NCBI GenBank assembly: GCA_963747845.1
Contig: CAVVGR010000009.1
Coordinates: 137,865-201,864, forward strand
Length of the DNA stretch: 64,000 bases
DNA from: an uncultured delta proteobacterium
Lineage (GTDB): Bacteria > Desulfobacterota > Binatia > Binatales > Binataceae
Reading direction: 5' to 3'
Shown: piece after piece, positions 1-11,016 of the stretch
Layout of the letters: the number at the start of each line of letters is the position of its first letter
How positions within the stretch are numbered: the stretch's first letter is position 1
The notes under the pieces: generated by a model
Databases searched by the model: none
Told to the model about the DNA's origin: nothing
What the model saw: only the letters and a program-made list of their open reading frames with translations
Program-made: the position numbers and the translations under genes

Positions 1-326
1 TGGCGCGCCGCACGCGGGAAGTCGGAGTTCTACGCACGCTCGGCTTCAGTCGCGGATCGGTGCTGACGTGCTTTATGGTCGAGAGCATTATTCTGGCGGC
101 GGCGGGCGGCATCGTCGGCGACCTGCTGGCGGTCGCGCTGGGTATGGCGGCGGGCCTCAATCATCGACTGATGAGCGTCGGCGCCGTCGTCTTCTCGTCG
201 GCCTTCACCTTGAGCGCGCTGTGGGGCGGAATCGTGGCGGCCCTGCTGATTGGAATCGCCGGCGGACTGTTACCGGCATGGCGCGCGGCGCATCTGTCGA
301 TCGTCGAGTCATTGCGCGAGGCGTGA
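1..326 (+). CDS. FtsX/MacB-like ABC transporter permease, C-terminal part (truncated by window edge)
   Basis: Hydrophobic C-terminus ending GGLLPAWRAAHLSIVESLREA, typical of FtsX-family permeases; upstream EVGVLRTLGF-like motif. Confidence 0.8.
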   Translation, partial: ARRTREVGVLRTLGFSRGSVLTCFMVESIILAAAGGIVGDLLAVALGMAAGLNHRLMSVGAVVFSSAFTLSALWGGIVAALLIGIAGGLLPAWRAAHLSIVESLREA

Positions 327-331
327 CGCGG

Positions 332-1492
332 ATGCAGACACTCCATCTCGTCTTCCGCTACCTGATTCGGCAGCCGCGTCGTTCGATTCTGACGATGCTT
401 ACGTTCGCGGTCGCGACTTTCATCTTCACAGTGCTGGCTGCGATACCCGGCTCGATCGACATGATCCTCAAGAAGACCTCGGAGACTCTGCGCGTGTATT
501 CCTACAACGCCGACGGCCGCTACCTTGGGGTGCCGGCGCGCGATTGCAGGACGATCGAAAAAATCCCCGGCGTCGTCGCCTGCACGCCGATGGTCGTGCT
601 GCGCGCGAGCTATCAGAACGCCTCGGAAACGGTGCAGGCGTTCGCGCTCGATGCGGACAAAGTGGCGCTCCTGTATCCCGACTACGATCTTTCGCCCGAG
701 GTGCTCGAACAATTCTCGAACAATCGTACCGCCGCGGTCGCGGGGCGCCTGCTGATGCGCAAGCATGGCTGGAAAGTCGGCGACGTGGTGACGCTGCGCG
801 GCGATTCCAACCGGCTGGATATCCGGTTCACGATGGTCGGCGAGATTCCGGCCGACAACTATCCCAATTTTTTCATGTTCCGGCGCGACTACCTGGTTGA
901 CGCGGAAAAGGCGATCGGAATTCCCGAAGAGAAGCATCCCGCGGGATTCCTGGTGACGCGGGTCGACGCGGCCGCCCACGTGCCGTCAGTCATTCATGAA
1001 ATCGACAGCGCGTTTCACAACTCCGACTTCGAAACCGCGTCGATGACCGAGAGCGAGGCAGTCTCGGGCCTGATGTCCACGGTCGGCGACATCCGCGGCA
1101 TCGTCTCGGCGGTGTCCGCGGTGATTGCATTGACGATTTTTCTGATCGCCGCCAACTCGATGTCGATGATTGTGCGCGAGCGGCTGCGCGACGTCGCGGT
1201 CTTGCGCGCGCTGGGATTTGCGCCGCTGTACGTGGCGCGGATTCTGCTGGGCGAGTGCGCGTTGATCGGGACCGCGGGCGGCGCGCTTGGATGCGGGCTG
1301 GCGTTATGGCAGTTCGGCAACGGCACCACGCTGCGATCGGTGCTGGAGAGCGCGGGCTACCTGACGGTGACTTACGGCGCCGCGCTCGAGGCGCTGTCGG
1401 CCGCGATTGCGATCAGTGTGCTGAGTGCCTTGATTCCAGTGCTGGGCGCGATGCGGGTGACGCCGGCTGACGCCTTTCGGAAGACGATCTGA
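332..1492 (+). CDS. FtsX/MacB-like ABC transporter permease
   Basis: ATG at 332 (MQTLHLVFRYLIRQPRRSILT); periplasmic domain, then ERLRDVAVLRALGF and C-terminal TM helices. Confidence 0.85.
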   Translation: MQTLHLVFRYLIRQPRRSILTMLTFAVATFIFTVLAAIPGSIDMILKKTSETLRVYSYNADGRYLGVPARDCRTIEKIPGVVACTPMVVLRASYQNASETVQAFALDADKVALLYPDYDLSPEVLEQFSNNRTAAVAGRLLMRKHGWKVGDVVTLRGDSNRLDIRFTMVGEIPADNYPNFFMFRRDYLVDAEKAIGIPEEKHPAGFLVTRVDAAAHVPSVIHEIDSAFHNSDFETASMTESEAVSGLMSTVGDIRGIVSAVSAVIALTIFLIAANSMSMIVRERLRDVAVLRALGFAPLYVARILLGECALIGTAGGALGCGLALWQFGNGTTLRSVLESAGYLTVTYGAALEALSAAIAISVLSALIPVLGAMRVTPADAFRKTI

Positions 1493-1495
1493 ACT

Positions 1496-1924
1496 CTACC
1501 TGCCGACGGCGTGGCGGACCGTGTTGAGGATATAGATGAAGTCCCGCGGCGAGCGCACGTCGCCGAGCAGCGCGACCCGCTCGAGCATTTCCATTTCGTC
1601 GCCCGTGATGTTGTGGATGCGCCTGATCTGATCGTCCTTGCGGAAATCTTCCCATGCCGACTTTGCGTCGCTGCCAGGCTCGGGGTTGAGAATCGCATGT
1701 GCACGCGGGTTGGCGAGGAAGAACAGTTCGCGCCGGTCCAGGCCCAGCACTTCGGCCAACTTGGTAACGATCTTGTCCGACGGATGGCGTTTGGCGGATT
1801 CGAGATGCCCGATGTAAGGGGTCGACGTCTTGATGCGGCGCGCGACTTCTTCCTGCGTCAGATCGAGTTGGCGTCGGCGATCGCGAAGTACCTGGCCGAA
1901 GCTACGTTCCTTGATGCGTGCCAT
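1496..1924 (-). CDS. XRE-family helix-turn-helix transcriptional regulator
   Basis: FGQVLRDRRRQLDLTQEEVARRIKTSTPYIGHLESAKRHPS, an HTH_3 pattern. Confidence 0.85.
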   Translation of the reverse strand: MARIKERSFGQVLRDRRRQLDLTQEEVARRIKTSTPYIGHLESAKRHPSDKIVTKLAEVLGLDRRELFFLANPRAHAILNPEPGSDAKSAWEDFRKDDQIRRIHNITGDEMEMLERVALLGDVRSPRDFIYILNTVRHAVGR

Positions 1925-2654
1925 CGATGTGGTCCCCTTGAGAGGTTACTGCGGGCTTGGGCAACGGCGTTCCTAACCGGTTGGGTATGATTAGACGCTG
2001 CCAGTTTGTAGCATCGAAGCGCCTGTAAGGCAAATTCACCAGCAAGTCCGGCGACGCGTCGGCCTCCTCCAAATCGCCGCCCTTGACCAGCGTCGACCAC
2101 AAATCCTTCGGGTCACCGAACACCAGGTCCGCTTTGGCCGGCACGATGTACCACGCACCCGCCATCACTTCGCCGTAAAGCTGGTCGCGCAGCCACTGGG
2201 CCTTGCCCAAAACGACGCGCAGGTCCGTTATTCGCGGATCTTTCAGGACCGCAGCGACGGCGTCGTGGCCGGTGGCGAAGTAGGTATCCCCTAAAACCCT
2301 GGTCGAGGATCCGATTGCCGACGACGCGCGAAAGACCACCGACGCCTCGTCGGCGTCCACCGGCCCACCCAGGTACACCGTTTCGCCCTTGCCCTTGAAT
2401 TGCGGTGCTTGCGGGAACACATCCTGAAGCCGCTGCTTGCCAGGAGTATTAATGATGACGCCGACCAGCAGCGGCGGCTCGGCCGACGGCACCATCAGGA
2501 CGACAGACTTCGCAAAGTTCGGATCCTGCAAATCGCGCGTGGCCACGAGGAATGACGGGGTCGTCAGGTCGGTGCTCTCCGCTTTTTGCGGGGCAGCGAG
2601 CACCGCAACCAGCGCCGTGAACACGAACAGGAGCTTGAGGGTGAATCGCCGCAT
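1902..2654 (-). CDS. YqgE/AlgH (DUF179) family protein with N-terminal signal peptide
   Basis: FLVATRDLQDPNFAKSVVLM, VYLGGPV, LGKAQW..QL..E...GAW motifs; start at MRRFTLKLLF (2654); true 3' end uncertain because the ORF overruns the XRE gene. Confidence 0.75.
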   Translation of the reverse strand: MRRFTLKLLFVFTALVAVLAAPQKAESTDLTTPSFLVATRDLQDPNFAKSVVLMVPSAEPPLLVGVIINTPGKQRLQDVFPQAPQFKGKGETVYLGGPVDADEASVVFRASSAIGSSTRVLGDTYFATGHDAVAAVLKDPRITDLRVVLGKAQWLRDQLYGEVMAGAWYIVPAKADLVFGDPKDLWSTLVKGGDLEEADASPDLLVNLPYRRFDATNWQRLIIPNRLGTPLPKPAVTSQGDHIDGTHQGT

Positions 2655-2707
2655 ACTCAGGTTACATACCGTCAACCCGAACCGACGTTCAACGATGGCC
2701 GAGGCGG

Positions 2708-4212
2708 TTATGCGGCGATGCCGACGTCGTCGAGATATCGACGCAGGGCTGCTAGCTCGCCGGACGATACGATCGCTCCGACGTAGCCGTCCGGCCGGAC
2801 CAGCACCCATTCGCCTGCCGCGACGCCGTAGGCATCGCGAAGGTGGCCGCTCTCGTCGATGATGTCGCCGCGGACGCCAACCGTATGAATGTGCAGGTCG
2901 CGGCGCGGCGCGATCGCCTCGCGCTCGACCTGGTAGCCGAGCAAGGTCCAGTGCGGTCCCTGGAACAGCTTGAACAGCCGCGTCGGTTGGCCCGCCGCAC
3001 CTCTGATTGGAGCGTCCGGCGCGCGGTCGCCCGCGATCACGCGTTCCGGGGATCGAGCCGGCTGGTTGAGCGACAGGACTCGATTGGGGATAGCCGAGAT
3101 CGAGCTGATGCGTCTCGCGACCGCGCCGCCTACCAGCCACGATCCTTGGCGGCCTGCAGCAGTTTGGTCGAGAGGCCGAGCATCTCGGCGGCGATCGGGC
3201 GCCGTTCCTCCTCGTATGTCGCGAGCAGTTTCTCCGGCGCGCCGTTGATTACGGCCGCGAGCTTCCAGCCCAGGTTGTACGCGTCCTGCACGCTGGTATT
3301 GAGGCCCTGCCCTCCTGTCGGCGGATGGATGTGCGCGGCGTCGCCGCCAATGAAGACGCGGCCGACCTGGTACTTGTCGGCCATGCGCGCGTTCATGTTG
3401 AAGGCGGAAGCCCAGAGGACCTCGCGAATCACTATGTCCGTCCGGCCGATGCGCGCGGCCGCCCATGCCGTCAGCCCTTCGGGGGAAAGATCGATGTCGC
3501 CCTCCATCGGAATCGGCGCTTGCAACTGGAACATGTCGGTTCCGCGCAGCGGACAGAATGACGTCTGCTTTTCCATCGAGCCTTCGTTGAACCGATGCCA
3601 CGCGTCGGTGCCGAGGCCTTCGAGCCGAACGTCCGCGACCACGGCCCGAACGCCCAGGGTCTTGCCGGGGAACTCGATGTTCAGCGCGTGGCGCACGTAG
3701 CTCCTGCCGCCGTCCATGCCGGCGAGATAGCTGGCACGCACGGTCTCCTCGCCATCAGCGCTCATGACATGCGCCGTCACGCCGTCGGCGTCCTGCTCGA
3801 AAGCCGTCAGCTCGCAGCCGAAATGCGGACGGTGCCCGAGTTCCGCGAGGCGTTCGCGCAGGATCGCTTCGGTAAGAAATTGCGGCACCATCAGCGCGAT
3901 GAGATAAGGCTCGTCCGGCGTGGGTTCATGTTGTTCCGTCAACGGCGAGTCTTCATAACTGCCGTCCTCGCGGTATTCGCGCTGCGGCGGATAGGTCCCG
4001 CCGACGGCCACGAGCCGGTCGATGACGCCAAGGTCCTCGAACACTTCCTGGCTGCGCGGCTGTATGCCTTTGCCGCGCGATCCTGCGAACGGGCTGGGCA
4101 GTTTGTCGATCAAGCGAAACGCGACGTTGCGGCGGGCCAGATCGATTGCCAGCGTCAAGCCGGCTGCTCCGGCGCCGGCGATAAGAACCTCGGTGGTAAA
4201 CTGCTTTTTCAT
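2708..4212 (-). CDS. FAD-dependent monooxygenase (PheA/TfdB/rifampicin monooxygenase-like), frameshift near 3135
   Basis: GAGAAGL, DGGRS, RVFIGGDAAHIHPPTGGQGLNTSVQDAYNLGWKL; C-terminal GDRAPDA...LVRPDGYV is in another frame. Confidence 0.85.
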
Positions 4213-4238
4213 TGCGGGAGCTCCTGCATTTCAATTCG

Positions 4239-4261
4239 ATTATGTGTATTATACACATAAT
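4239..4261. promoter_or_regulatory. Perfect AT-rich palindrome ATTATGTGTA-TTA-TACACATAAT, probable MarR operator
   Basis: 10-bp perfect inverted repeat in the 57-bp gap between the divergent monooxygenase and marR genes. Confidence 0.75.
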
Positions 4262-4269
4262 ACCGCGTC

Positions 4270-4717
4270 ATGAACAAAGAGATTCGCCACCTGCACCATA
4301 CCCTCATCGACCTGATCGGGATGATGAACCGGCCGCAGCGCGACACTGCCCTTATCCGTGAAGCCGGCATCTCGCTGGACCGCGCGCTGTTTCCCGCTGC
4401 TGGTCGGCATCGAGCGAAAGGGACCGATCGGTGTCGGCGAACTGGCGGACGGCGTGGGGCGGGATTACACGACCGTCAGCCGCCAGGTGGCAAAGCTCGA
4501 AAGCCTGGGACTGGTTACTCGCCGCGCATCGAAAAGCGACAAGCGGGTACGCGAAGCGACGATCACTGCCAAAGGGCGCGCGATGACGGACGCTCTGGAC
4601 GCAGCGCGTGAGCGCCTCGCGTCGATGCTGCTAGCCGACTGGAGCAAGCGAGACCTTCAGCAGCTTGCCCGCCTGATGCGCAGATTTGCCGACGATCTTC
4701 TGGCGTGGCGCGCTTGA
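4270..4717 (+). CDS. MarR-family regulator, frameshift near 4392
   Basis: N-terminus in ORF 4270; winged helix GELADGVGRDYTTVSRQVAKLESLGLVTRR...DKR in ORF 4358. Confidence 0.85.
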
Positions 4718-4771
4718 AATACTTTGCGGCTTACGGAAATCTCCCCGAAGCAAACGAGGAGTGAGACAAAG

Positions 4772-5803
4772 ATGGCGAACGAGAACACTGCTGCGCGGCC
4801 GGGCGCGAATCCAATTCCTATTTTGCAGGGAGCGACGGGCGCGGCGGCGATGAAGGCGGCGCTCGACCTCGAAATCTTCACGCACATCGCCAACGGCGCC
4901 GACACCGCGGAGAAGATCGCAGCGGCCAAGCATCTGCCGGAGCGCTCGACCCGAATCCTGTGCGACGCGCTGGTGGCGCTGGACGTGCTCGGAAAATCCG
5001 GCGGACGCTACTCGCTGCCGCCGCTATCGCAGGCGCTGCTGGTCAAGGGTTCTCCGACGTATGTCGGCGGGATGGCGGGAATCGTTGGCAACCGGGCTTT
5101 GTGGAACGAATACGGCCGGCTCACCGAGGTCGTCAAGGCAGGACACACGCTGCTCGATCAATCCGCGGAGACCGACGACAATCCGTTCTGGCAGGATTTC
5201 GCGCGCGGCACGCGTCAGATGGCACAGACCGTCGGGCCGGTGGTTGCGGAGATTGCGGCGGAGTCGTTCAAGGGCGGCGGTGAAGGGCCGCGGAAAATCC
5301 TCGACATCGCGTGCGGATCGGGATTTTACGGAATCAGCGCGCTCAAGCGTTTTCCCGGCGCGCGCCTGGTGCAGGTCGACTGGCCGGGTGTGCTCAAGCA
5401 TGCGGAGGTGAACGCGCGCAACGCCGGCGTGGCCGACAGAGTCGAGTTCCGTCCCGGCGATATATTCGCCGACGATCTCGGCAGCGGCTACGACCTGGTG
5501 CTCGCGGTCAACATCTACCATCACTTCAGCATCGCAAAGAATATCGAGCTGTCGCGCAGGCTCGCTGCGGCAGCGGCGCCGGGCGGCACGCTGGTGATCA
5601 TCGATCTGGTGCCCGACGAGGGGCGCGAGCATGAACGATTCGCGCTGATGTTCGCGCTCACCATGCTGATCTGGACGCATGAGGGCGACACTTTCACGCT
5701 CTCGGAGTACAAGCAGATGCTCGAACCGGCCGGCTTTCGCGATATCGAGCTCAAAGTGGTTCCGGGACCGATGACGACGCAAGCAATTGTCGCGCGGAAG
5801 TAG
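4772..5803 (+). CDS. SAM-dependent O-methyltransferase (dimerisation domain plus Methyltransf_2)
   Basis: AALDLEIF dimerisation motif, ILDIACGSG SAM motif, GDIF, NIYHHF. Confidence 0.88.
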   Translation: MANENTAARPGANPIPILQGATGAAAMKAALDLEIFTHIANGADTAEKIAAAKHLPERSTRILCDALVALDVLGKSGGRYSLPPLSQALLVKGSPTYVGGMAGIVGNRALWNEYGRLTEVVKAGHTLLDQSAETDDNPFWQDFARGTRQMAQTVGPVVAEIAAESFKGGGEGPRKILDIACGSGFYGISALKRFPGARLVQVDWPGVLKHAEVNARNAGVADRVEFRPGDIFADDLGSGYDLVLAVNIYHHFSIAKNIELSRRLAAAAAPGGTLVIIDLVPDEGREHERFALMFALTMLIWTHEGDTFTLSEYKQMLEPAGFRDIELKVVPGPMTTQAIVARK

Positions 5804-5880
5804 CTCGATGTCGGCTGTCTGTATCCGACAGCGAAGATCGAGGCGCAGACTTCGGATATTCGACGCGTACGACAGCGCGA

Positions 5881-7077
5881 TCACTGCCTCGCCGAAGAAG
5901 CGACGCCTGACTGTTTCGTCGAGCGGCAGGTCCGGTCCGCTAGCGAGATAGTCGGGAACCCGAGTCGGATCTTCGGCGATCAGCGGCATCGCTCTCGCCC
6001 GGCGCGCATCCGCCTGTTCACCGCGGTCATAGAAAAATGACGTGAACCAATCCTCCCAGGTGTTCAACGCGCGAAAATAGCGGTCGTGCTCGCGAGCGTA
6101 GGCACGACCGGCCCGGTCCCAATCCTCGTCCGCGAGCAAAGAATCTCTCAGCACGCGTGATGTCGCGGAGCGTGAGCGACAGTCCTTGTCCCCAACATGG
6201 ATCGCTGGCGGCTGCGGCGTCGCCGACCAGCGCGATACCGGCGTCGTAGGGTTGCGTGAACCCAAGTGTCAGCAGCGTTGAAGGAGGCCAACGGCCCGAT
6301 AGCTTCGGCGCCTGCGAAAAAATCGGCGGGCATCCCGCATCGGATGCACTCATCGATGAAGCGCGGCAAAGAGTCCGGACCTTGTATTCGCAGGTCACTG
6401 TCGCATCGATAACCAAGATATGCGCGAAAGCGGCAATCGCTCTGCGGCGAGATAAATGATGCTTGCGAAATCGGCGGATTGAAAATGAAGTACGTGGCAT
6501 CTTCGCGGTAACTCCTGCCACCCTCCAACATCACTCCCGCGATCATCAGTCGATCGGGATCGCGGCTGACTTTGAAGCCGCCCCACTTGCGAACGTTGGA
6601 GGATCGGCCGTCCGCACCGACCACAAGCCGCGCCGAAACTGATTCGGTTGCGCTGCCCGACTCGAATTCGACGACGGGAGGTGCGCCCGGCGTGATCGAT
6701 TTCACGTTCGCGCCGCGACGAATCTCGGCGCCCGATTCTGCGGCAGCGTTGAGCAACGCTTGCTGCATCACGGGATGAGAAAAGCTCAGAGCCGGCAATC
6801 CCTGCGGCGTCGAAGAAAGCAGGTCCCGGTCGGGACCGAATCCGATTACCCAAGGCGCTTCATTCGCGTGCGCCGCGACAAAGGTTTCATCGAGACCCAG
6901 CAGCTTCATCTCGGCGACGCCCCACGGATTCAGATACTCACCGCGCACTCGATCGCGAAACTGCTTCTCGCGCTCGAGCACGAGGACGCGCGCGCCGCGT
7001 TCGGCCATCGCTTTCGCCAACGCCGATCCGCCGAGACCACCACCAACAGTCACGATGTCGTAAGTAGTACCGGGCAT
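5881..7077 (-). CDS. FAD-dependent oxidoreductase/monooxygenase, two or more frameshifts
   Basis: VGGGLGG, VGADGRSS, LVGDAAAASDPCWGQGLSL and RDSLLADEDW segments spread over three frames; 3' end approximate. Confidence 0.8.
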
Positions 7078-7166
7078 AACGTTCTCCCCTTGGCCCGTTG
7101 ATATTCGCCGTTTTAGGAACTGACCCGGCTTGCGTCAAGTGCTATTGCTGTGGGGTTGCAGTTGGG

Positions 7167-8309
7167 ATGAGCTCGAATCGAAAAGCGGACGTGGCGATCG
7201 TCGGCGCCGGAATCGTCGGCCTCGCGCATGCTTACTTCGCGGCAAAACGCGGGCGATCGGTCGTGGTCTTCGAGCGCACTCCTCGCGCACAGGGAGCGTC
7301 GGTGCGCAACTTCGGCATGATCTGGCCAATCGGGCAAAAGGCCGGCGTCGTCCATCAGACAGCGACGCGCAGTCGCCAAATCTGGAATGAGATCCTCGAC
7401 GCCGCCGCATTGCCGTATCGACCGACCGGCTCGCTGCATGTCGTCTATCATCAAGATGAAGCCGACGTCGCGCGCGAGTTCACCGAGCGCGCGCCCGCCC
7501 TCGGCTACACCTGCAGCTGGCTCTCGCCTGCCGAAGTGCTGAAGAAGAGCCAGTCGGTCAATTCGAAAGGACTGCTCGGCGGCATCTGGAGTCCGACTGA
7601 ACTCACCGTCGATCCGCGGCAGATTCTCGCTACCCTGCCCGCCTTTCTCACCGAAAAATTCGGCGTCGAGTTCCGCTTCGGCACCGCTGTGCGGTCGATT
7701 GAACTACCGCGCATCGAGGCGGGGACGGAAACGTGGCAGGCCGCGAATGCGATCGTATGCGGCGGTGACGATTTCGAAACGCTGTACCCGGAACTATTCG
7801 CGTCGAGCGGAATCGATCGATGCAAGCTGCAGATGATGCGCACCGCGCCGCAACCGCATGGATGGGAGCTCGGTCCTTCGCTGGCGGCCGGTCTGACGCT
7901 GCGCTTCTATCCCGCGTTCGAGATTTGCACGGCGACGCTGCCGATATATAAGGAGCGCGTCGCACGCGAATTCGCCGACTACGATCGCTTCGCCATTCAC
8001 ACGCTCGTCTCGCAGACCGCGGACGGCGCGCTGACGCTCGGCGATTCGCACGAGTACGGTCTCGCGGTCGATATCTTCAACAAAACAGAAATCGACGAGC
8101 TGGTGATGCGCAACGTGCGCGAGTTCCTCGTTGCGCCGGACCTCTCGATCGCGCAGCGATGGTACGGCGTGTACGCCAAGCATCCCGAAAAACCGTGGGT
8201 CGCGATCGACGCCGCGCCGGGCGTGCGCATCGTCACCGCAGTCGGCGGCTCCGGCATGACGCTGTCGTTCGGCCTGGCCGAACAGATGATTCGCGAGATG
8301 AATATATAA
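7167..8309 (+). CDS. TIGR03364-like FAD-dependent (amino)phosphonate oxidoreductase (DAO family)
   Basis: VGAGIVGLAHA, GASVRNFGMIWP, CKLQMMRT, LGDSHEY, GGSGMTLSFGLAE; translationally coupled to phnX. Confidence 0.85.
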   Translation: MSSNRKADVAIVGAGIVGLAHAYFAAKRGRSVVVFERTPRAQGASVRNFGMIWPIGQKAGVVHQTATRSRQIWNEILDAAALPYRPTGSLHVVYHQDEADVAREFTERAPALGYTCSWLSPAEVLKKSQSVNSKGLLGGIWSPTELTVDPRQILATLPAFLTEKFGVEFRFGTAVRSIELPRIEAGTETWQAANAIVCGGDDFETLYPELFASSGIDRCKLQMMRTAPQPHGWELGPSLAAGLTLRFYPAFEICTATLPIYKERVAREFADYDRFAIHTLVSQTADGALTLGDSHEYGLAVDIFNKTEIDELVMRNVREFLVAPDLSIAQRWYGVYAKHPEKPWVAIDAAPGVRIVTAVGGSGMTLSFGLAEQMIREMNI

Positions 8310-9130
8310 TGATGCAATCGTATGCGGGGCCGGTGAAGGCAGTCATTCTGGATTGGGCGGGGACGACGGTCGATCACGGCAGCCTCGCGCCCGTCCGCGT
8401 GCTGCAGGAAGTATTCGCCGGGCGCGGCGTTCCAATCTCGGAAGAAGAAGCGCGCCGCGACATGGGCGTGCTGAAAATCGATCACATCAGGAAGATTCTG
8501 TTCGCTCCGGGCGTGGCGCGCGATGGCGCGAGGTCGTCAAGCGTGCTCCGGCCGAAGCGGATGTCGAGAAGCTGTTCGCGAACTTCGTGCCGCTGCAGCT
8601 CGAATGCCTCGTCAAATATTCAGTCGTGATCGACGGCGTCGCGGAAACAGTCGCGCGCCTTCGCAAACGCGGAATCAAAATCGGCAGCACCACCGGATAC
8701 ACGCGCGCGATGCTCGACAGGATTCTGCAGCCCGCCGCCGAGCAGGGCTATGCACCTGACTGCGCGATCACGCCGGACGACGTCGGCGCAGGACGCCCGC
8801 ATCCATGGATGATCTATGCGAACGCGATTCGGCTACAGGTCGAGCCGCTCGAAGCCATCGTGAAAATCGGCGACACGCCGGTCGATATCGAAGAAGGACT
8901 GCGCGCGCGTGTATGGACGATTGGCGTCGCGCGCACCGGCAATATGATCGGCCTGTCCGCGGAAGATTTCGCAGTGCTGGCACCCGCCGAGCAGGCAACT
9001 CGCCTCGAGAAGGCGCGCGCTGCGCTGTCTGCCGCCGGCGCGCACGAAAGTATGATCGACGCGGTCGCCGCATGTGCGAGCTGCCTTCGAAGCGATCGAA
9101 GCGCGCATCCGCGAAAACGCGAGCTGTATA
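8309..9130 (+). CDS. phnX: Phosphonoacetaldehyde hydrolase (phosphonatase), frameshifted
   Basis: DWAGTTVDHG HAD motif, MGVLKIDHIR Schiff-base Lys region, GSTTGY, GRPHPWM, VKIGDTPVDIEEG; frameshift near 8520 and probably near the 3' end. Confidence 0.9.
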
Positions 9131-9134
9131 GGGA

Positions 9135-9216
9135 CCCTCACTCATCCTCTCTTACAGGGAGAGGAGACAGAACCTCGACCAAGTCCCGAAAGGTCTCATT
9201 GAGGAGAGGAGACAGA
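9135..9216. repeat. REP-like palindromic repeat
   Basis: CCCTCAC..CCTCTC...GGGAGAGG; similar units at 12108, 32539, 33707, 44217, 63165. Confidence 0.6.
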
Positions 9217-9219
9217 AGC

Positions 9220-10747
9220 TCAGTAGCGGGCTGCTCTGCGCGCGATTGGGCCGTTGTCGCTTAGCGTGATGTGCGTGAGGGTCTGCTCGTCGTGGTTCAT
9301 CCGCCATGAGAGCAGCTTCTGCGCGTACTCGAGTACGAGGGGAGCGTACTCGGCGACGCCCGCGAGATTCACGAACTCGCCCGGGTCTTTCTCCAAATCG
9401 AAAAACAGCGGCGGCAGATTCGTGAAATGAACATATTTGTACCGATCGCCGCGAATGATGTTCATCGTGCACTGATGCATCGTGAGTCCGAGCTCGCGCT
9501 CCGCCGAGTCGTCGGCCGGATCGCGAAAATCGAACTCCCAATGCGCCTCGCTGCGCCATCTGTCGTGACTGCTCGCGCCGTCGAGAAACGGTGCGAGCGA
9601 CATTCCGTCGCATTGCACCGGGATCTCGGCGCCGATCGCCTGCAGCATCGTCGGCATGATATCGACATTTTCGGTGAACGATGAAACTACCGCGCCGCGC
9701 GCTGAATCGGCTTGTGGCCGCGGATCGCGAACGATTAGCGGGATGTGATACGAGCCGTCGAAGTAACCGCACTTGCCGATCAGCCAGTGGTCGCCAATCT
9801 GCTCGCCGTGATCCGACGTGAAGATGATGAGCGTCGAATCCCAGCGCCTCGACTCCTTGAGAAACCGAACGAGCCGGCCGATTTCCGCATCAACCCGGGT
9901 CATCAGACCGTAGTAAACGGCCTTCAGCCGCCGCAGCCGCATGCTCATTGTCGGTCGCTCTGAAAACCCGGCGCGTCAGTTGATGCGCGAGCCACGGATG
10001 CTGGCGCGCCTCGTCTTCGGGCGTCGCGAGGCGCGTGAAGCCCGGCACCAGCGCAGGATCGTACATCGCGTTGTACGGCTCGGGCGCGACGAACGGCGGA
10101 TGAGGCCGCAGCAGCGACAGGTGCGCGATGAAGGGACCGCGCGCGCTCTTGATGTAGTCGATCGTCCTGCCGACCAGGAACGCGGTGTCGTCGAACTCGG
10201 CCGGATACTTGAGCGGCCTCGGATGCGCCGCGCCGTCTTCATAATCGGGCCCGGGATCGCGATTGCCGTAGGCGAAGGTGATATTCGAGGGGACCTCGAA
10301 ACCCCGCGCGCGGAGCCAATCGGTCCACGGCGTCGGCGCGCCGATCATCAGGCAGACGGGGCGGATGCCGGGCAGCGGACCTTCGTAGCTCTTGAGCCAT
10401 GGATCGCCGGGCGCGAGGCCGCGCGGATCGAGGCTCGTGTCGGTGTAGCCGAACAGCACCGGATCGTAGCCGATTGACGCCGCTTCCTTCGCCCAGTTGG
10501 TGTGCCGCGCGTCGAGCGGAGTGCCGTTGGTCCCGGAGCGATGATTCTGCAGATACATCCCGGTATGAAGCGACGCGCGGCTCGGACCGCATGGCACGGC
10601 GTTGGCGAAATGCCGCCGGAAGAGCACGCCCTCAGCGGCGAGCGCGTCGAGATTGGGTGTACGAACGATGGGATGATCGAGCGCCGAAAGACAATCGCCG
10701 CGCCATTGGTCGGCCGTGATGAACAGTACGTTGAGCGGCGATCCCAT
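9220..10747 (-). CDS. Phosphonate monoester hydrolase / phosphodiesterase (sulfatase superfamily), frameshift near 9940
   Basis: NVLFITADQWR, formylglycine motif CGPSRASLHTG, RPHPPFVA, TSDHGEQIGDH, YKYVHF..LPPLFFDL, LSWRM.H...TLTH; matches my recollection of Rhizobium/Burkholderia PMH. Confidence 0.85.
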
Positions 10748-10828
10748 GATGCCAAGGCTACGCCGCGAACTCAGTGACGGCCAGACTCGGTCGAAGCGAA
10801 CTAGCGAGGCGTTGGCCCCGCTGGGATA

Positions 10829-10984
10829 TCAGGCGTGGAGTCCGCCGCCAACCAGCCAGATGACCAGCACCACCATAAGCACCAGCATCAACAGGCCGCC
10901 CGGGTCCCTGCCGCCGTGATGGTAGGCGCGGTAACCGCCACCGCCGCCGAACAGAATCAGCAAGATGATAATTAGCAACAACAT
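10829..10984 (-). CDS. 51-aa small membrane protein (DUF3309-like)
   Basis: Read by hand: MLLLIIILLILFGGGGGYRAYHHGGRDPGGLLMLVLMVVLVIWLVGGGLHA; below the ORF-track cutoff. Confidence 0.75.
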   Translation of the reverse strand: MLLLIIILLILFGGGGGYRAYHHGGRDPGGLLMLVLMVVLVIWLVGGGLHA

Positions 10985-11016
10985 CGTGGTTTAACTCTTT
11001 CGGCTGCGACAGCTAC

